From: an uncultured Thermoleophilia bacterium
Lineage (GTDB): Bacteria > Actinomycetota > Thermoleophilia > Gaiellales > Gaiellaceae
Length of the DNA stretch: 64,000 nucleotides
Direction of reading: 5' to 3'
Assembly: GCA_963823355.1 (NCBI GenBank)
Contig: CAWGLG010000004.1
Location: 75,656-139,655, forward strand
Positions 9,332 through 19,049 of the stretch are shown here, in pieces; within the stretch, counting starts at the first letter, position 1; each line of letters opens with the position of its first letter. A program made the translations under genes and the position numbers. The notes beneath the pieces are model-generated. The model saw only the letters and a list, made by a program, of their open reading frames with translations. It was not told the origin of the DNA and searched no databases.

Positions 9332-10570
9332 TCACGGCACGTGGAGGCGCGCGATGAAGAACCCGCTCGTGCCGTGGACGTGCGGCAGCGTCTGGAGGAA
9401 CTCCGGACGGACCGGATGTCGGAACTGCGGCCATTCCTCGGCGAGCGCGTAATCGACGGCGAGTCCCGCAGCGTCGACGACTGCCTCGGCCTCGTCGCGA
9501 TTCACGGTGCAGACGGAGTAGACGATGGTGCCTCCGGGCCGTACTCGTGCGGCAGCGGCGGTCAGCAGCTCGAGCTGCAGCTCGGGCAGCGGCTGGGAGC
9601 GCCAACGGAGATCGGGCCGGGCGGCGAGTACGCCCAGACCCGAGCACGGTGCGTCCACGAGCGCCCGGTCGAAACCGGTCAGGTCGTCCGGTAGCGCGCG
9701 GCCGTCGGCGCAGACGACCCTGACGCCTGTGGCGCCCAGACGGCGGGCGTTTTCCTCCAGCTCGCGCGCACGGGCTGCGTTCGCCTCCACCGCGACGACC
9801 TCTCCCGCGAGCATCGTCGCCTTGCCTCCCGGCGCCGCGCAGAGGTCGAGCACCCGCTCGCCGGGCACGGAGGCGACCGAGAGGCCCGCGAGCTGCGACC
9901 CGGTGCTCTGCGGCCAGATCCTGCCTTCGCCGAGCGCGCGCTCGTCCACGCGCTCGACGCGCCAGGCGCCCGGCACATCGGGGTCCGGCAGGCCCTCGAT
10001 CTCACCACGCACGAGCCGGACGACGGTGGGTGGGGCCTCGTTCTGTGCGCGCATCAGCGCCAGCGCCCCCTCCGCACCGAGATCGCGCCACCACGTCTCC
10101 GCCACCCAGTCCGGATACGAATGCGCCAGCGCCGCCTCCTGCCAGGTCGAATCCGGTAGCGCCTCGACGCACGCCCGGCCCTCGTCCGCCAGCCGCCGCA
10201 GCACGGCGTTCGTGAACGGCACCGCACGCTCGAGCCGCGCGCGGCGCACCAACTCGACGGACTCGTTGACCGCGGCGTAGCGCGGCACCCCGTCCAGGAA
10301 CGTGAGCTGGAAGGCGCCGAGCCGCAGGGCCGCGCGCACGGGCGCGTCGAGGCGCCCCGGCGGACGCCGGCCGATCGTCTCGATCGCGTGGTCGAGCGTG
10401 CGGACCCGCTGCACGGTGCCGTACGCAAGCTGGCGGGCGAGCGCTCGGTCGCGGTCGTCGAGCCCGGCCGACGCGGTACGCAGCGCACGGTCGGCGTACG
10501 CCTCGTCCTCGAACACCCTCCGGATCACCTCGAACGCCGAGGCGCGTGCGGGCGAGATCGCGGGCGCCAT
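9332..10570 (-). CDS. rsmB: 16S rRNA (cytosine-C5)-methyltransferase RsmB/Sun
   Basis: 412 aa. NusB-like N-terminal half plus a SAM methyltransferase half (DLCAAPGGKA, DAPCSGLG, TIVYSVCT). Confidence 0.85.
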   Translation of the reverse strand: MAPAISPARASAFEVIRRVFEDEAYADRALRTASAGLDDRDRALARQLAYGTVQRVRTLDHAIETIGRRPPGRLDAPVRAALRLGAFQLTFLDGVPRYAAVNESVELVRRARLERAVPFTNAVLRRLADEGRACVEALPDSTWQEAALAHSYPDWVAETWWRDLGAEGALALMRAQNEAPPTVVRLVRGEIEGLPDPDVPGAWRVERVDERALGEGRIWPQSTGSQLAGLSVASVPGERVLDLCAAPGGKATMLAGEVVAVEANAARARELEENARRLGATGVRVVCADGRALPDDLTGFDRALVDAPCSGLGVLAARPDLRWRSQPLPELQLELLTAAAARVRPGGTIVYSVCTVNRDEAEAVVDAAGLAVDYALAEEWPQFRHPVRPEFLQTLPHVHGTSGFFIARLHVP

Positions 10571-11373
10571 CAGCGGATGCCGCGCAGCCAGGCGGCGGCA
10601 TCCATGCGCTTCCCTCCGTCCGGCTGAACCTCGACCGGCTCGAACGCACCCGTCTCCCCCACCCGTGCCCGCCAGACGGTCACCGGCCGGCCCTGCAGCT
10701 CGGCGCGCGCACCGATGTGGGGGGAGAGCGCCCGGACCCGCCGCACGAGCTCGTCGGCCGGGCGGCCGAGGTCGAGCAGGCGGTCCGTCGGCTCGATCTT
10801 GTCGGCGTAGACGATGCCGTCGGCGCTCTGAGGGACGAACGGAGGGCTCGGATCGGCGAGCACGTCATCGAGGAGCCGCACCGCCACGGCCGCGGAACGG
10901 TCGAACACCGAGCCGGCATCGTCGTCGGGACCGATCGCAAAACGCTCCTGCGCCGCGATCGGGCCGGCGTCGAGCTCCTGCACCGTCTCGTGGATCGTCA
11001 CCCCGGTCTCGGCGTCGCCGGCGAGGATCGCACGCTCGACGGGCGCTGCACCCCGCCAGCGGGGCAGGAGCGACGGATGGACGTTGAGCCATGTCCCCTC
11101 CGCGAGCAGCTCCTCCGGGATGAGGAGACCGTAGGCGCAGACGACGACGACGGGGGCTCCGAGGTCGAGACCGGGCTCGGGACGCTCGGGCTGCAGCACC
11201 GGCACACCGAGGCGCTCGGCGACCGTCTTCGCGGGTGGCGAAGCGACCCGGCGCCCACGTCCCCGGGGAGCGTCCGGGCGGGTGAGGAGGGTCGAGATCT
11301 CGTGCTTCGCGGCGAGCCGCTCCAGCACGTCCGCTCCGAAGGGCGCCGTCGCGGCGACGGCGATCCGGGTCAT
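10570..11373 (-). CDS. fmt: methionyl-tRNA formyltransferase
   Basis: 267 aa with HPSLLPRWRGAAPVERAI and a C-terminal Fmt domain. Compact compared with typical ~310-aa Fmt proteins. Confidence 0.9.
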   Translation of the reverse strand: MTRIAVAATAPFGADVLERLAAKHEISTLLTRPDAPRGRGRRVASPPAKTVAERLGVPVLQPERPEPGLDLGAPVVVVCAYGLLIPEELLAEGTWLNVHPSLLPRWRGAAPVERAILAGDAETGVTIHETVQELDAGPIAAQERFAIGPDDDAGSVFDRSAAVAVRLLDDVLADPSPPFVPQSADGIVYADKIEPTDRLLDLGRPADELVRRVRALSPHIGARAELQGRPVTVWRARVGETGAFEPVEVQPDGGKRMDAAAWLRGIR

Positions 11374-11375
11374 GA

Positions 11376-11981
11376 CTACCTCGAGAGGACGAGCCGCGGC
11401 CGCAGTTGCGCCATCGCCTCGCGCCGCGACTCGGGATCGGTGCGATCGATGATCAGCTTGCCGTCGAGGTGGTCGAGCTCGTGTTGCACGACGCGCGCGG
11501 GAAGCCCCTCCAACTCGAGGTGCAGAACGCCCCCCTGTGCGTCGAGACCGTCGAGCGTGACCTCCAGGGCCCGCTCGACGGGCATGCGAACCGGGCCGAG
11601 GGAGAGACAGCCCTCCTCGTCGACCTCGGTGTCGCCACTCGCAACCGTCAGCACAGGGTTGACCACGATCCGGACTTCGCCCTCGTCGTTGAAGACGAAC
11701 ACCCGGCGCAGGATCCCGACCTGCGTCGCCGCGAGCCCGACGCCGTCCGCGTCGTGCATGACGGCAATCATCCGCTCCGAGAGCTGGACGAGCTCCTCGT
11801 CGAACGTCTCGACCTCGTTGGCGCGCATCCGGAGGACCGGATCGCCGTACTGGCGCACCTGAGACAGCGCCAGCTGACGCCGGGCCAGGCGCTCGGCCTG
11901 CTCGGCACTCGGGCCGTCGTCGTCGTGGTCGGCGTGGTCGTGCTCGTGCTCGTGCTCGTCATGGTCGAGGTCGCTCATCAC
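11376..11981 (-). CDS. def: peptide deformylase with a His/Asp-rich N-terminal tail
   Basis: PDF motifs GVGLAATQVG, EGCLS and QHELDHLDG. The N-terminus reads MMSDLDHDEHEHEHDHADHDDD. Confidence 0.9.
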   Translation of the reverse strand: MMSDLDHDEHEHEHDHADHDDDGPSAEQAERLARRQLALSQVRQYGDPVLRMRANEVETFDEELVQLSERMIAVMHDADGVGLAATQVGILRRVFVFNDEGEVRIVVNPVLTVASGDTEVDEEGCLSLGPVRMPVERALEVTLDGLDAQGGVLHLELEGLPARVVQHELDHLDGKLIIDRTDPESRREAMAQLRPRLVLSR

Positions 11982-12001
11982 GGCGAGTTTAGCCGCCGGG
12001 A

Positions 12002-13933
12002 CTAGAGCGACTGCGGGTCGACGTCGACGACGGCGGTCAGCCCACGCCGCCGCAGCTCGGGGCTCGCGGCGCCGAGGAGCGCTGCGGCGCGCCGGGCGAG
12101 CGCGCGCGGCTCGTGGGTCTTCGCGACGAGCTGGGCGCGGTGGCGTCCGCGCAGGCGCAGCAGCGGCGCGGGACCGAGGAGCGTCCCCTCGACCCCCTCG
12201 AGCCCCGCTCGGACCTCGCGCAGCACCTGGGCGACCCCCGCCGCCTCGGGACCGGAGGCCACCACCGTGACGAGGTGGCTGACCGGCGGGTAACCGAGGG
12301 CCGTGCGGCGCTCCAGCTCCTCGGCCAGGAACCCTGCCACGTCGTGTCGCTGGGCGAACTGGAACGGCATCGCATCGGGCTGGAACGTCTGCACGAGCAC
12401 GAGCCCGGGAGCGTCACGGCCGCTCCGGCCCGCGAGCTGGGTGACGAGCTGGAACGTCCGCTCCTCGGCTCGGAAGTCGGGGATCGCGAGGCCCGTGTCC
12501 GCATCGACGACGGCGGCAAGATCGACTCCCGGGAAGTGGTGCCCCTTCGCGACCATCTGGGTGCCGATCAGGACGGCGCGCTCCGCGGTGCGAAACCGCT
12601 CGAGCGTCTCCCGAAGGGCCCCGGCACGCGCCGCGGTATCGGCGTCGAGCCTGATCCGCTCCAGCTCGGGCACGTTGCGCTCGAGCTCCTTCTCGAGCCG
12701 CTGCGTCCCGGCCCCGATGTGCGCGAGCTCGGCCGAGCCGCACGAGGGGCAGGTCTCGGGTACCGGCTCGCGATGGCCGCAGTGGTGGCAGTGCAGGCCA
12801 CCGTCGCCGTGCAACGTGAGTGCGACGTCGCAGTTCCCGCAACGGCGCGAGAGGCCGCAGGCGCGACAGTGGATCGCCGGTGTCACACCGCGCCGGTTGA
12901 GCAGCAGGATCGCCTTCCCGCCCGCCTCCGCCACCTTGCCGAGCTCGGTCAGCAGCGGCGCGGAGAGCGGGTAACCGCTCTCGCGCCGGAGGTCGACGAT
13001 CCGGACCCGGGGCATCGGCGCGCCGATCCGGGCCGAGAGCACGACCCGCTCCAGCGTGGCCCAGCTCTCCGGACGCGGCGTGGCGCTCCCGTAGACGGCC
13101 ACAGCACCTTCGAGCGCAGCGCGCTTCGCAGCGACGGTTCGCGCGTCGTAGCGGGGATCGGACTCCTGCTTGTACGACGAGTCGTGCTCCTCGTCGACTA
13201 TCACGAGACCGAGATCACGCATGGGGGCGAAGATCGCCGAGCGTGCTCCGACGACGACCCGGGCCTCGCCACGGGCGACGCGATCGCGCTCGTCTCGCCG
13301 CTCGGCCTGCCCCAGGGCCGAGTGGAGGATCGCGACCGTGTCTCCGAACCGCTCGCGGAACCTGCCGACCGTCTGGGGCGCGAGCGCGATCTCGGGCACG
13401 AGCACGATCGTGCCGAGGCGACGCTCGAGCGCCGCCTCGCACGCCTGCAGGTAGACCTCGGTCTTGCCGCTGCCGGTCGGCCCGACGAGCAGGAGATGCG
13501 CGCCCGTCTTTCCGTCGATCCCGGCCACGATGCGGGCGACTGCCCGCCTCTGCTCCCTCGTGAGCTCGGCGGGCGCGGCCTCACCCGGAAGCGATTCGCG
13601 CTCGGCCGGGGACGGACGCTCCCCCCGGGGCGCGCGGCGGACAGGTGCGACGAGCTCGAGCGCGCGCGCCGGCGTGGTCCCGTAGTAGTCGGCGATCCAC
13701 AGCGCCAGGTCGACGAGGGCCGGCGGGATCTCGTCGAGCACCTTTCCGGCCGCCGAAACCCTGATCCCCGGCGGCGGCTCGACCCCGACGTCAACGACGA
13801 CACCGCGCGTCGTACTGCGGCCGAGGCGCACCTGCACGATCGCGCCCTTGCCGACCTCGACGGGAACCTCGTAGGTGAAGCGCCGCGCGACGGCGCGCGA
13901 GGAGACGAGCGGGTAGACGGATGCGAGCGGCAC
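12002..13933 (-). CDS. priA: primosomal protein N' (replication restart helicase)
   Basis: 643 aa with Walker A GPTGSGKTEVY, DEEHD and a Cys-rich zinc region (CRACG...CGNCD...CHHCG). Confidence 0.9.
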   Translation of the reverse strand: MPLASVYPLVSSRAVARRFTYEVPVEVGKGAIVQVRLGRSTTRGVVVDVGVEPPPGIRVSAAGKVLDEIPPALVDLALWIADYYGTTPARALELVAPVRRAPRGERPSPAERESLPGEAAPAELTREQRRAVARIVAGIDGKTGAHLLLVGPTGSGKTEVYLQACEAALERRLGTIVLVPEIALAPQTVGRFRERFGDTVAILHSALGQAERRDERDRVARGEARVVVGARSAIFAPMRDLGLVIVDEEHDSSYKQESDPRYDARTVAAKRAALEGAVAVYGSATPRPESWATLERVVLSARIGAPMPRVRIVDLRRESGYPLSAPLLTELGKVAEAGGKAILLLNRRGVTPAIHCRACGLSRRCGNCDVALTLHGDGGLHCHHCGHREPVPETCPSCGSAELAHIGAGTQRLEKELERNVPELERIRLDADTAARAGALRETLERFRTAERAVLIGTQMVAKGHHFPGVDLAAVVDADTGLAIPDFRAEERTFQLVTQLAGRSGRDAPGLVLVQTFQPDAMPFQFAQRHDVAGFLAEELERRTALGYPPVSHLVTVVASGPEAAGVAQVLREVRAGLEGVEGTLLGPAPLLRLRGRHRAQLVAKTHEPRALARRAAALLGAASPELRRRGLTAVVDVDPQSL

Positions 13934-13953
13934 CCGTCGAGGCTAGCCGCTGG

Positions 13954-14673
13954 TCAGGTGGGTACCGGCTTCCGGCCCGGCGGCCGGAAGAAGAACCACA
14001 ACGTGGGAGCTGCGAGCAGCGCGAACGCGCCCCAGAGAATCAGCTCGTTCTCCGGGATGACGCCGGCCTCGGCAAGCTCCTTCAGCCCCTTCGCGAGCAG
14101 CCAGCCCGCGAACACGAGCAGGATCGCGCTCGTCACGGTGAAGAACCGGCGCAGGTCGAGGCGATGCGAGCCACGGTAGAACGCATACCCGAGCCCGATG
14201 GCGAGCCCTAGGCCGAGAAGCGCCGAGACGAGCGAGATGAGCGGGCTCGACTTCTCGGTCGTCGAGAAGAGCAGGAGCGAGGTCTCGACGCCCTCACGCA
14301 GGACGCCGACGAAGGCGACGGCTGCGAGGCCGAGCGCAGATCCCTCTGCGAGCGCTGCACGCGTCTTGCCCTCCAGATCGGTGCGGATCGACCGGGCCTG
14401 CCTTCGCATCCAGAAGATCATCCAGACGAGAAGTGACGCGGCGACGATCGTCGTGATCCCCTCGAACAGGTACTCGGAGGTTCCTTCGAGCTCGGCGCCG
14501 ACGGCAAACAGGGTGATCCCGACGAAGGCGCTGACGGTCAGCGCGGCCGCGATCCCGATCCAGACGGCGGCGAAGCCGTCACGGCGGTTGCTGCGATCGA
14601 GGAACGCAAGCACGACGGCGACGACGAGCGACGCCTCGAATCCCTCCCTCAACACGACGAGCCCCGATCCCAT
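13954..14673 (-). CDS. FTR1/EfeU-family high-affinity iron permease
   Basis: Two REXXE motifs (REGFE, REGVE) in a multi-pass membrane protein. I prefer the ATG at 14673, preceded by GGAAGGGA, over the TTG at 14697 used by the ORF track. Confidence 0.75.
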   Translation of the reverse strand: MGSGLVVLREGFEASLVVAVVLAFLDRSNRRDGFAAVWIGIAAALTVSAFVGITLFAVGAELEGTSEYLFEGITTIVAASLLVWMIFWMRRQARSIRTDLEGKTRAALAEGSALGLAAVAFVGVLREGVETSLLLFSTTEKSSPLISLVSALLGLGLAIGLGYAFYRGSHRLDLRRFFTVTSAILLVFAGWLLAKGLKELAEAGVIPENELILWGAFALLAAPTLWFFFRPPGRKPVPT

Positions 14674-14686
14674 TTCGTCCCTTCCG

Positions 14687-14704
14687 TGTAAGGCCAACCT
14701 TACA
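14687..14704. promoter_or_regulatory. candidate DtxR-family operator (inverted repeat TGTAAGG-CCAA-CCTTACA)
   Basis: 7-bp perfect arms with a 4-bp spacer. It sits in the 86-bp divergent region between the iron permease and the DtxR-family gene, just upstream of the permease RBS. It resembles AAGG/CCTT-type iron boxes only loosely. Confidence 0.4.
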
Positions 14705-14759
14705 AACCCGTCGGACTATAGTGACAGCCGGTCGCTGACGTCAACCGAGAGGCGAAACC

Positions 14760-15449
14760 GTGGCGCACGGACAGGGGCATTCTGTCGACGAATACCTCGA
14801 GACCATCTATTTCCTCGCCTTCCCGATCGGCGAGTATCGCCCTGCTACGGCCTCGAACGCGATCGCCTCCCGGGTCGCCGAGATGCTCGGCGTCTCGCGC
14901 GCCTCTGCCGGCGAGATGCTGAAACGGCTCGAGGCCGAGGGCCTCGTCGAGCGCGGCGAGCAGAAGGAGGCGATCCTGACCCCGACCGGCATCGAGCGGG
15001 CAGAGCGTGTCGTCCGCAAGCACCGGCTGATCGAGCGGTTCCTGACCGACTTCATGGGCTACACCGCCGCCGAGTCCCACGTCCACGCCGACGAGCTCGG
15101 AGACACGTTCTCCGACGACATGGTGGAACGGATCAACGAGCGGCTCGGGTTCCCCGACCGCTGTCCCCACGGGTGGCCGATCGAGACCGACGTCGAGCAG
15201 GCGGAGAACGCCGAGCTCCTCTCACTCGCGGAGCTCGCCCCCGGCGACACGGCCGAGATCGTGCGCCTCGCCGAGCACGACGGCGATCTCCTGCACTGGT
15301 TCTACGACAACGGGTTCGCGCCGGGCGTGACCGTGCACCGGGAGCCCTCGTCCGGGACCGGCCCGCTCACGGTCGAGCTCGAGGGCGACGAGCGTACGAT
15401 CGACGAGAAGTTCGCACAGGGCCTGTACGTGCGGCCGGCAGCTCGGTGA
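14760..15449 (+). CDS. DtxR/IdeR/MntR-family metal-dependent transcriptional regulator
   Basis: 229 aa. Has a wHTH (VAEMLGVSRASAGEMLKRLEAEGLVER), a metal-binding/dimerisation region (HRLIERFL, HVHADELGD) and a C-terminal FeoA/SH3-like domain. Confidence 0.85.
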   Translation: MAHGQGHSVDEYLETIYFLAFPIGEYRPATASNAIASRVAEMLGVSRASAGEMLKRLEAEGLVERGEQKEAILTPTGIERAERVVRKHRLIERFLTDFMGYTAAESHVHADELGDTFSDDMVERINERLGFPDRCPHGWPIETDVEQAENAELLSLAELAPGDTAEIVRLAEHDGDLLHWFYDNGFAPGVTVHREPSSGTGPLTVELEGDERTIDEKFAQGLYVRPAAR

Positions 15450-15474
15450 CGGGCTTCAGCCCGCCTCCCGGGCG

Positions 15475-16716
15475 CTAGACCGAGACCGGCGCCGGGAGAC
15501 CGGCAGCAGCGCGCAGCACGTCGGCCTTGTCGACCTGCTCCCAGCTGAAGCCGGCGTCCTCACGGCCGAAGTGGCCGTACGAGGCGGTCTTGCGGTAGAT
15601 CGGCCGGCGCAGGTCGAGATCGCGGATGATCGCGCCCGGGCGCAGGTCGAAGTGCTCGCGGACCAGCGTCTCGATCGTCTCCTGCGAGACGATGTTCGTG
15701 CCGAAGCAGTCGATGAGCACGCTGAGCGGATGCGCGACCCCGATCGCGTACGCGACCTGGATCTGGCAGCGGTCGGCGAGACCGGCCGCGACCACGTTCT
15801 TGGCGACGTACCGCGCCGCGTAGGCGGCGGAGCGGTCGACCTTGGTCGGATCCTTGCCTGAGAACGCGCCGCCGCCGTGTGGGGCGGCGCCGCCGTACGT
15901 GTCGACGATGATCTTGCGTCCCGTCAGGCCCGTGTCACCCATCGGCCCCCCGATCACGAACTTCCCGGTCGGATTGACGAAGAGGAAGTCGCGGTCCTCG
16001 AAGCGGTGCTCGTCGAAGAGGTCGTGCGGCAGGATCGGCCGGAGGACGTGGTCGACGAGGTCCGGCTTGATCAGGCTCTCGGGATCGAGACCGTCGCGGT
16101 GCTGGGTGGAGATGAGCACGCGCTCGATCTCGACAGGCTTCTGGTGCCCGCGCTCGTCGACCTCGTAGCGCACCGTCACCTGCGCCTTGCCGTCGGGTCG
16201 CAGATAGGGCAGCACCTCGGCCTTGCGAACCTCCGCCAGGCGGTGTGCGATCCGATGGGCGAGCTGGATCGGCAGCGGCATCAGCTCCGGGGTCTCGTTC
16301 GACGCGTAGCCGAACATCATTCCCTGGTCACCCGCCCCGATCAGATCGATCGGATCCCGGTCGCCATGCTGCGCCTCGAACGACTCGTCGACTCCCTGTG
16401 CGATGTCGGGCGACTGCTCGTCGAGTGCCACGATCACGCCGCAGGTCTCTGCGTCGAAGCCGTACTTCGCCCGCGTGTAGCCGATGCCCGTCACCGTCTT
16501 GCGCACGAGCCGCGGGATATCGACGTACGTCGTCGTCGTGATCTCGCCCGCGACGACGACCAGGCCGGTCGTGATCAGGGTCTCGCAGGCGACGCGCCCC
16601 TGGGGGTCGTCGGTGAGAACGGCGTCGAGGACGGCATCGGAGATCTGGTCGGCGATCTTGTCCGGGTGCCCCTCGGTGACCGACTCCGAGCTGAAGCTGA
16701 ACGAGCGGAGGCTCAT
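15475..16716 (-). CDS. metK: S-adenosylmethionine synthetase
   Basis: Motifs [28 protein letters not shown] and [16 protein letters not shown]. The ATG at 16716 is preferred to the upstream start of the track ORF. Confidence 0.95.
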   Translation of the reverse strand: MSLRSFSFSSESVTEGHPDKIADQISDAVLDAVLTDDPQGRVACETLITTGLVVVAGEITTTTYVDIPRLVRKTVTGIGYTRAKYGFDAETCGVIVALDEQSPDIAQGVDESFEAQHGDRDPIDLIGAGDQGMMFGYASNETPELMPLPIQLAHRIAHRLAEVRKAEVLPYLRPDGKAQVTVRYEVDERGHQKPVEIERVLISTQHRDGLDPESLIKPDLVDHVLRPILPHDLFDEHRFEDRDFLFVNPTGKFVIGGPMGDTGLTGRKIIVDTYGGAAPHGGGAFSGKDPTKVDRSAAYAARYVAKNVVAAGLADRCQIQVAYAIGVAHPLSVLIDCFGTNIVSQETIETLVREHFDLRPGAIIRDLDLRRPIYRKTASYGHFGREDAGFSWEQVDKADVLRAAAGLPAPVSV

Positions 16717-16746
16717 CGGCAGAAGCCTAGCCGATCCCCTCAGCAC

Positions 16747-17703
16747 CTACTCCGAGGTCGGGTCTCGCTGCATCAGCGTGGCAACCAGCTCGCCGAGCGG
16801 CACGCCGTTCAACACGGTGCAGACGCCCTCCGTGATCGGCATCTCGACCTCGAGCCGATGCGAGAGCTCGCGGAGCACGGGCGCGGTCGTGATGCCCTCG
16901 ACGACCATGCCGATCTCGGAGACGGCCTCCTCGGGCGTCGCCCCCTGCGCGATCAGCTCTCCGGCTCGGCGGTTGCGGCCGGACTTCGACCAGCAGGTGA
17001 CGATCAGGTCGCCCAGGCCCGCCAGCCCCGCGAACGTCTCGGGCCTGGCGCCGGCGACCTCGGCGACACGCCCCATCTCGGCGAGCCCTCGGGTGACGAG
17101 AGCGGCCTTGGCGTTGTCGCCCAGGCCGAGGCCGTCGGCCCCACCCGCGGCGAGTGCGATCACGTTCTTCGCGGCAGCGCAGAGCTCGACGCCTTTCAGG
17201 TCGTCGTTGACGTAGACACGGAAGAGCGGTGACGTGAGCGCGAGCTGGAGCTGCACCGAGAGCGCGTGATCCTCGCCCGCGATCACCGCGGCGGCGGGCA
17301 GGCCGCGCGAGATCTCCTCGGCGATGTTCGGGCCCGAGAGCACCGCAACCGGCCGACCGGTGACGAGCGTCGAGAGGCGGCTGCCGGTAGTAGGGTCGAG
17401 CCCCTTCGTCAGGCTGAGGATCGGACAGGTGCCGGGGAGTGCCGCGACGGTTTCGGCGAAGGCTGCGCTCGGGACGGCGACGACGGCGAGGTTGGCCTCG
17501 GCGACCGGCGCGGCCTCGATTGTCGTGGCGACGATCCCGTGGAGATCGACGTGCGGGAGGTAGCGCGGATTCCGGCCGGTCGCCGCGATCGCGGCGACCT
17601 GCTCGGCGTCGCGGCAGGCGAGCGTTGCCTCGTGGCCGCGATCGCGCAGGATCATCGCGAACGCGGTGCCCCAGGAGCCGCCGCCGATCACCGTGACGCG
17701 CAC
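16747..17703 (-). CDS. gpsA: NAD(P)H-dependent glycerol-3-phosphate dehydrogenase
   Basis: GTG at 17703, 2 nt after the der stop. VTVIGGGSWGTAFA Rossmann motif and a GpsA-like remainder. The upstream 139 aa of the track ORF are Arg/Gly-rich read-through. Confidence 0.9.
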   Translation of the reverse strand: MRVTVIGGGSWGTAFAMILRDRGHEATLACRDAEQVAAIAATGRNPRYLPHVDLHGIVATTIEAAPVAEANLAVVAVPSAAFAETVAALPGTCPILSLTKGLDPTTGSRLSTLVTGRPVAVLSGPNIAEEISRGLPAAAVIAGEDHALSVQLQLALTSPLFRVYVNDDLKGVELCAAAKNVIALAAGGADGLGLGDNAKAALVTRGLAEMGRVAEVAGARPETFAGLAGLGDLIVTCWSKSGRNRRAGELIAQGATPEEAVSEIGMVVEGITTAPVLRELSHRLEVEMPITEGVCTVLNGVPLGELVATLMQRDPTSE

Positions 17704-17705
17704 GC

Positions 17706-19049
17706 CTATTCGCTCTTCACGAAGTCGATCGACACCGGCACCCCCTCGAGCTCGAACCGCTTGCGCAGCTCGTTCTCGACCCAGTAGCCGTAGTCGCGCG
17801 TGACGAGGCTCGGCGCGTTGACGAAGATGCGGAACCGCGGCGGACGGGTGCTGACCTGGGTCCCGTACATCAGCTTCAGCCGCCTCCCCCGCTCGCCCTG
17901 CGGCCCGGGCCGGGCATCCTTCAGCTCGCCGAGAGCCCGGTTCAGCTCGCCCGTCGTGATCCGGCCGTTGTGCTTCGCGAACAGGGCCTCGACCTTGTCG
18001 AGCAGGCGGTCGACACCACGCCCCGTCTTCGCCGACACAGCGATCACCGGTGGCCGCTGGCGCAACCGCCGTGCCAGATGCCCCTGCGCCTCGACGATGT
18101 CGAGCTCGGTCACGTCCCACTTCGACAGCACGGCAAGCGTCGAGCAGCCGGCTTTGCGGGCGATGTCGGCGACCGCGAGATCCTGCTCCACGATCCCCTC
18201 CGAAGCATCGAACAACACCAGAGCCACGTCGGCCCGGTCGGCCGCCTGGAGCGCGCGCAGCTCGCTGTAGTACTCGATCCCCTGCCGCTGCTTGCGGCGG
18301 CGGCGCAGGCCCGCGGTGTCCACGAGCACGAACGTCGTCTCGCCGCGCTGCAAGACCGTATCGATCGCGTCCCGGGTCGTGCCGGGGATCTCCGAGACGA
18401 TCACGCGCTCACGGCCGACGAGCTTGTTGAGGAGCGACGACTTGCCCACGTTCGGGCGCCCGAGAATCGCGACGCGGATCGCTTCGGTGCCGATGGCGAT
18501 CTCGCTCGTGCCGGGGAGGCGGGAGACGATCTCGTCGAGCAGGTCGCCGGTGCCGTGGCCGTGGAGGCCCGACAGCGGCCACGGATCGCCGAGACCGAGC
18601 CGGTGGAAGACGGCCGAGTCGCTGTCACGGCGCGGATCGTCGATCTTGTTGGCGAGCACGATGACGGGCCGCTTGGCGGCTCGCAGGATCACGGCGAGCT
18701 CCTCGTCGCCCGGTGTGATCCCCGCCCGCGCGTCGACGACGAACAGCACGAGGTCGGCCTCGTCGATCGCGGCCTTCGCCTGCTCGGCGATCTTCGTGCC
18801 GAACGGCCCGCCTTCGACCTCGTCCACCCCACCCGTGTCGATCAGCCGAAACCAGGTGCCCGTCCACTCGCAGAGCAGCTCCTTGCGGTCGCGGGTGACG
18901 CCCGGCGTCTCGTGCACGACCGCCGCCCGGCTCTGGGTGAGCCGGTTGATCAGCGTCGACTTGCCGACGTTCGGGAAGCCGACGATCGCAACCGTGCCCG
19001 CGATCTCTCGAGGTGCCTCGACCTCCTCGGTGGGCTCGACGTCTCTCAT
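17706..19049 (-). CDS. der: ribosome-associated GTPase Der (EngA)
   Basis: Two G domains (GFPNVGKST, GRPNVGKSS) plus a KH-like C-terminus. The ATG at 19049 overlaps the upstream stop (ATGA). Confidence 0.95.
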   Translation of the reverse strand: MRDVEPTEEVEAPREIAGTVAIVGFPNVGKSTLINRLTQSRAAVVHETPGVTRDRKELLCEWTGTWFRLIDTGGVDEVEGGPFGTKIAEQAKAAIDEADLVLFVVDARAGITPGDEELAVILRAAKRPVIVLANKIDDPRRDSDSAVFHRLGLGDPWPLSGLHGHGTGDLLDEIVSRLPGTSEIAIGTEAIRVAILGRPNVGKSSLLNKLVGRERVIVSEIPGTTRDAIDTVLQRGETTFVLVDTAGLRRRRKQRQGIEYYSELRALQAADRADVALVLFDASEGIVEQDLAVADIARKAGCSTLAVLSKWDVTELDIVEAQGHLARRLRQRPPVIAVSAKTGRGVDRLLDKVEALFAKHNGRITTGELNRALGELKDARPGPQGERGRRLKLMYGTQVSTRPPRFRIFVNAPSLVTRDYGYWVENELRKRFELEGVPVSIDFVKSE

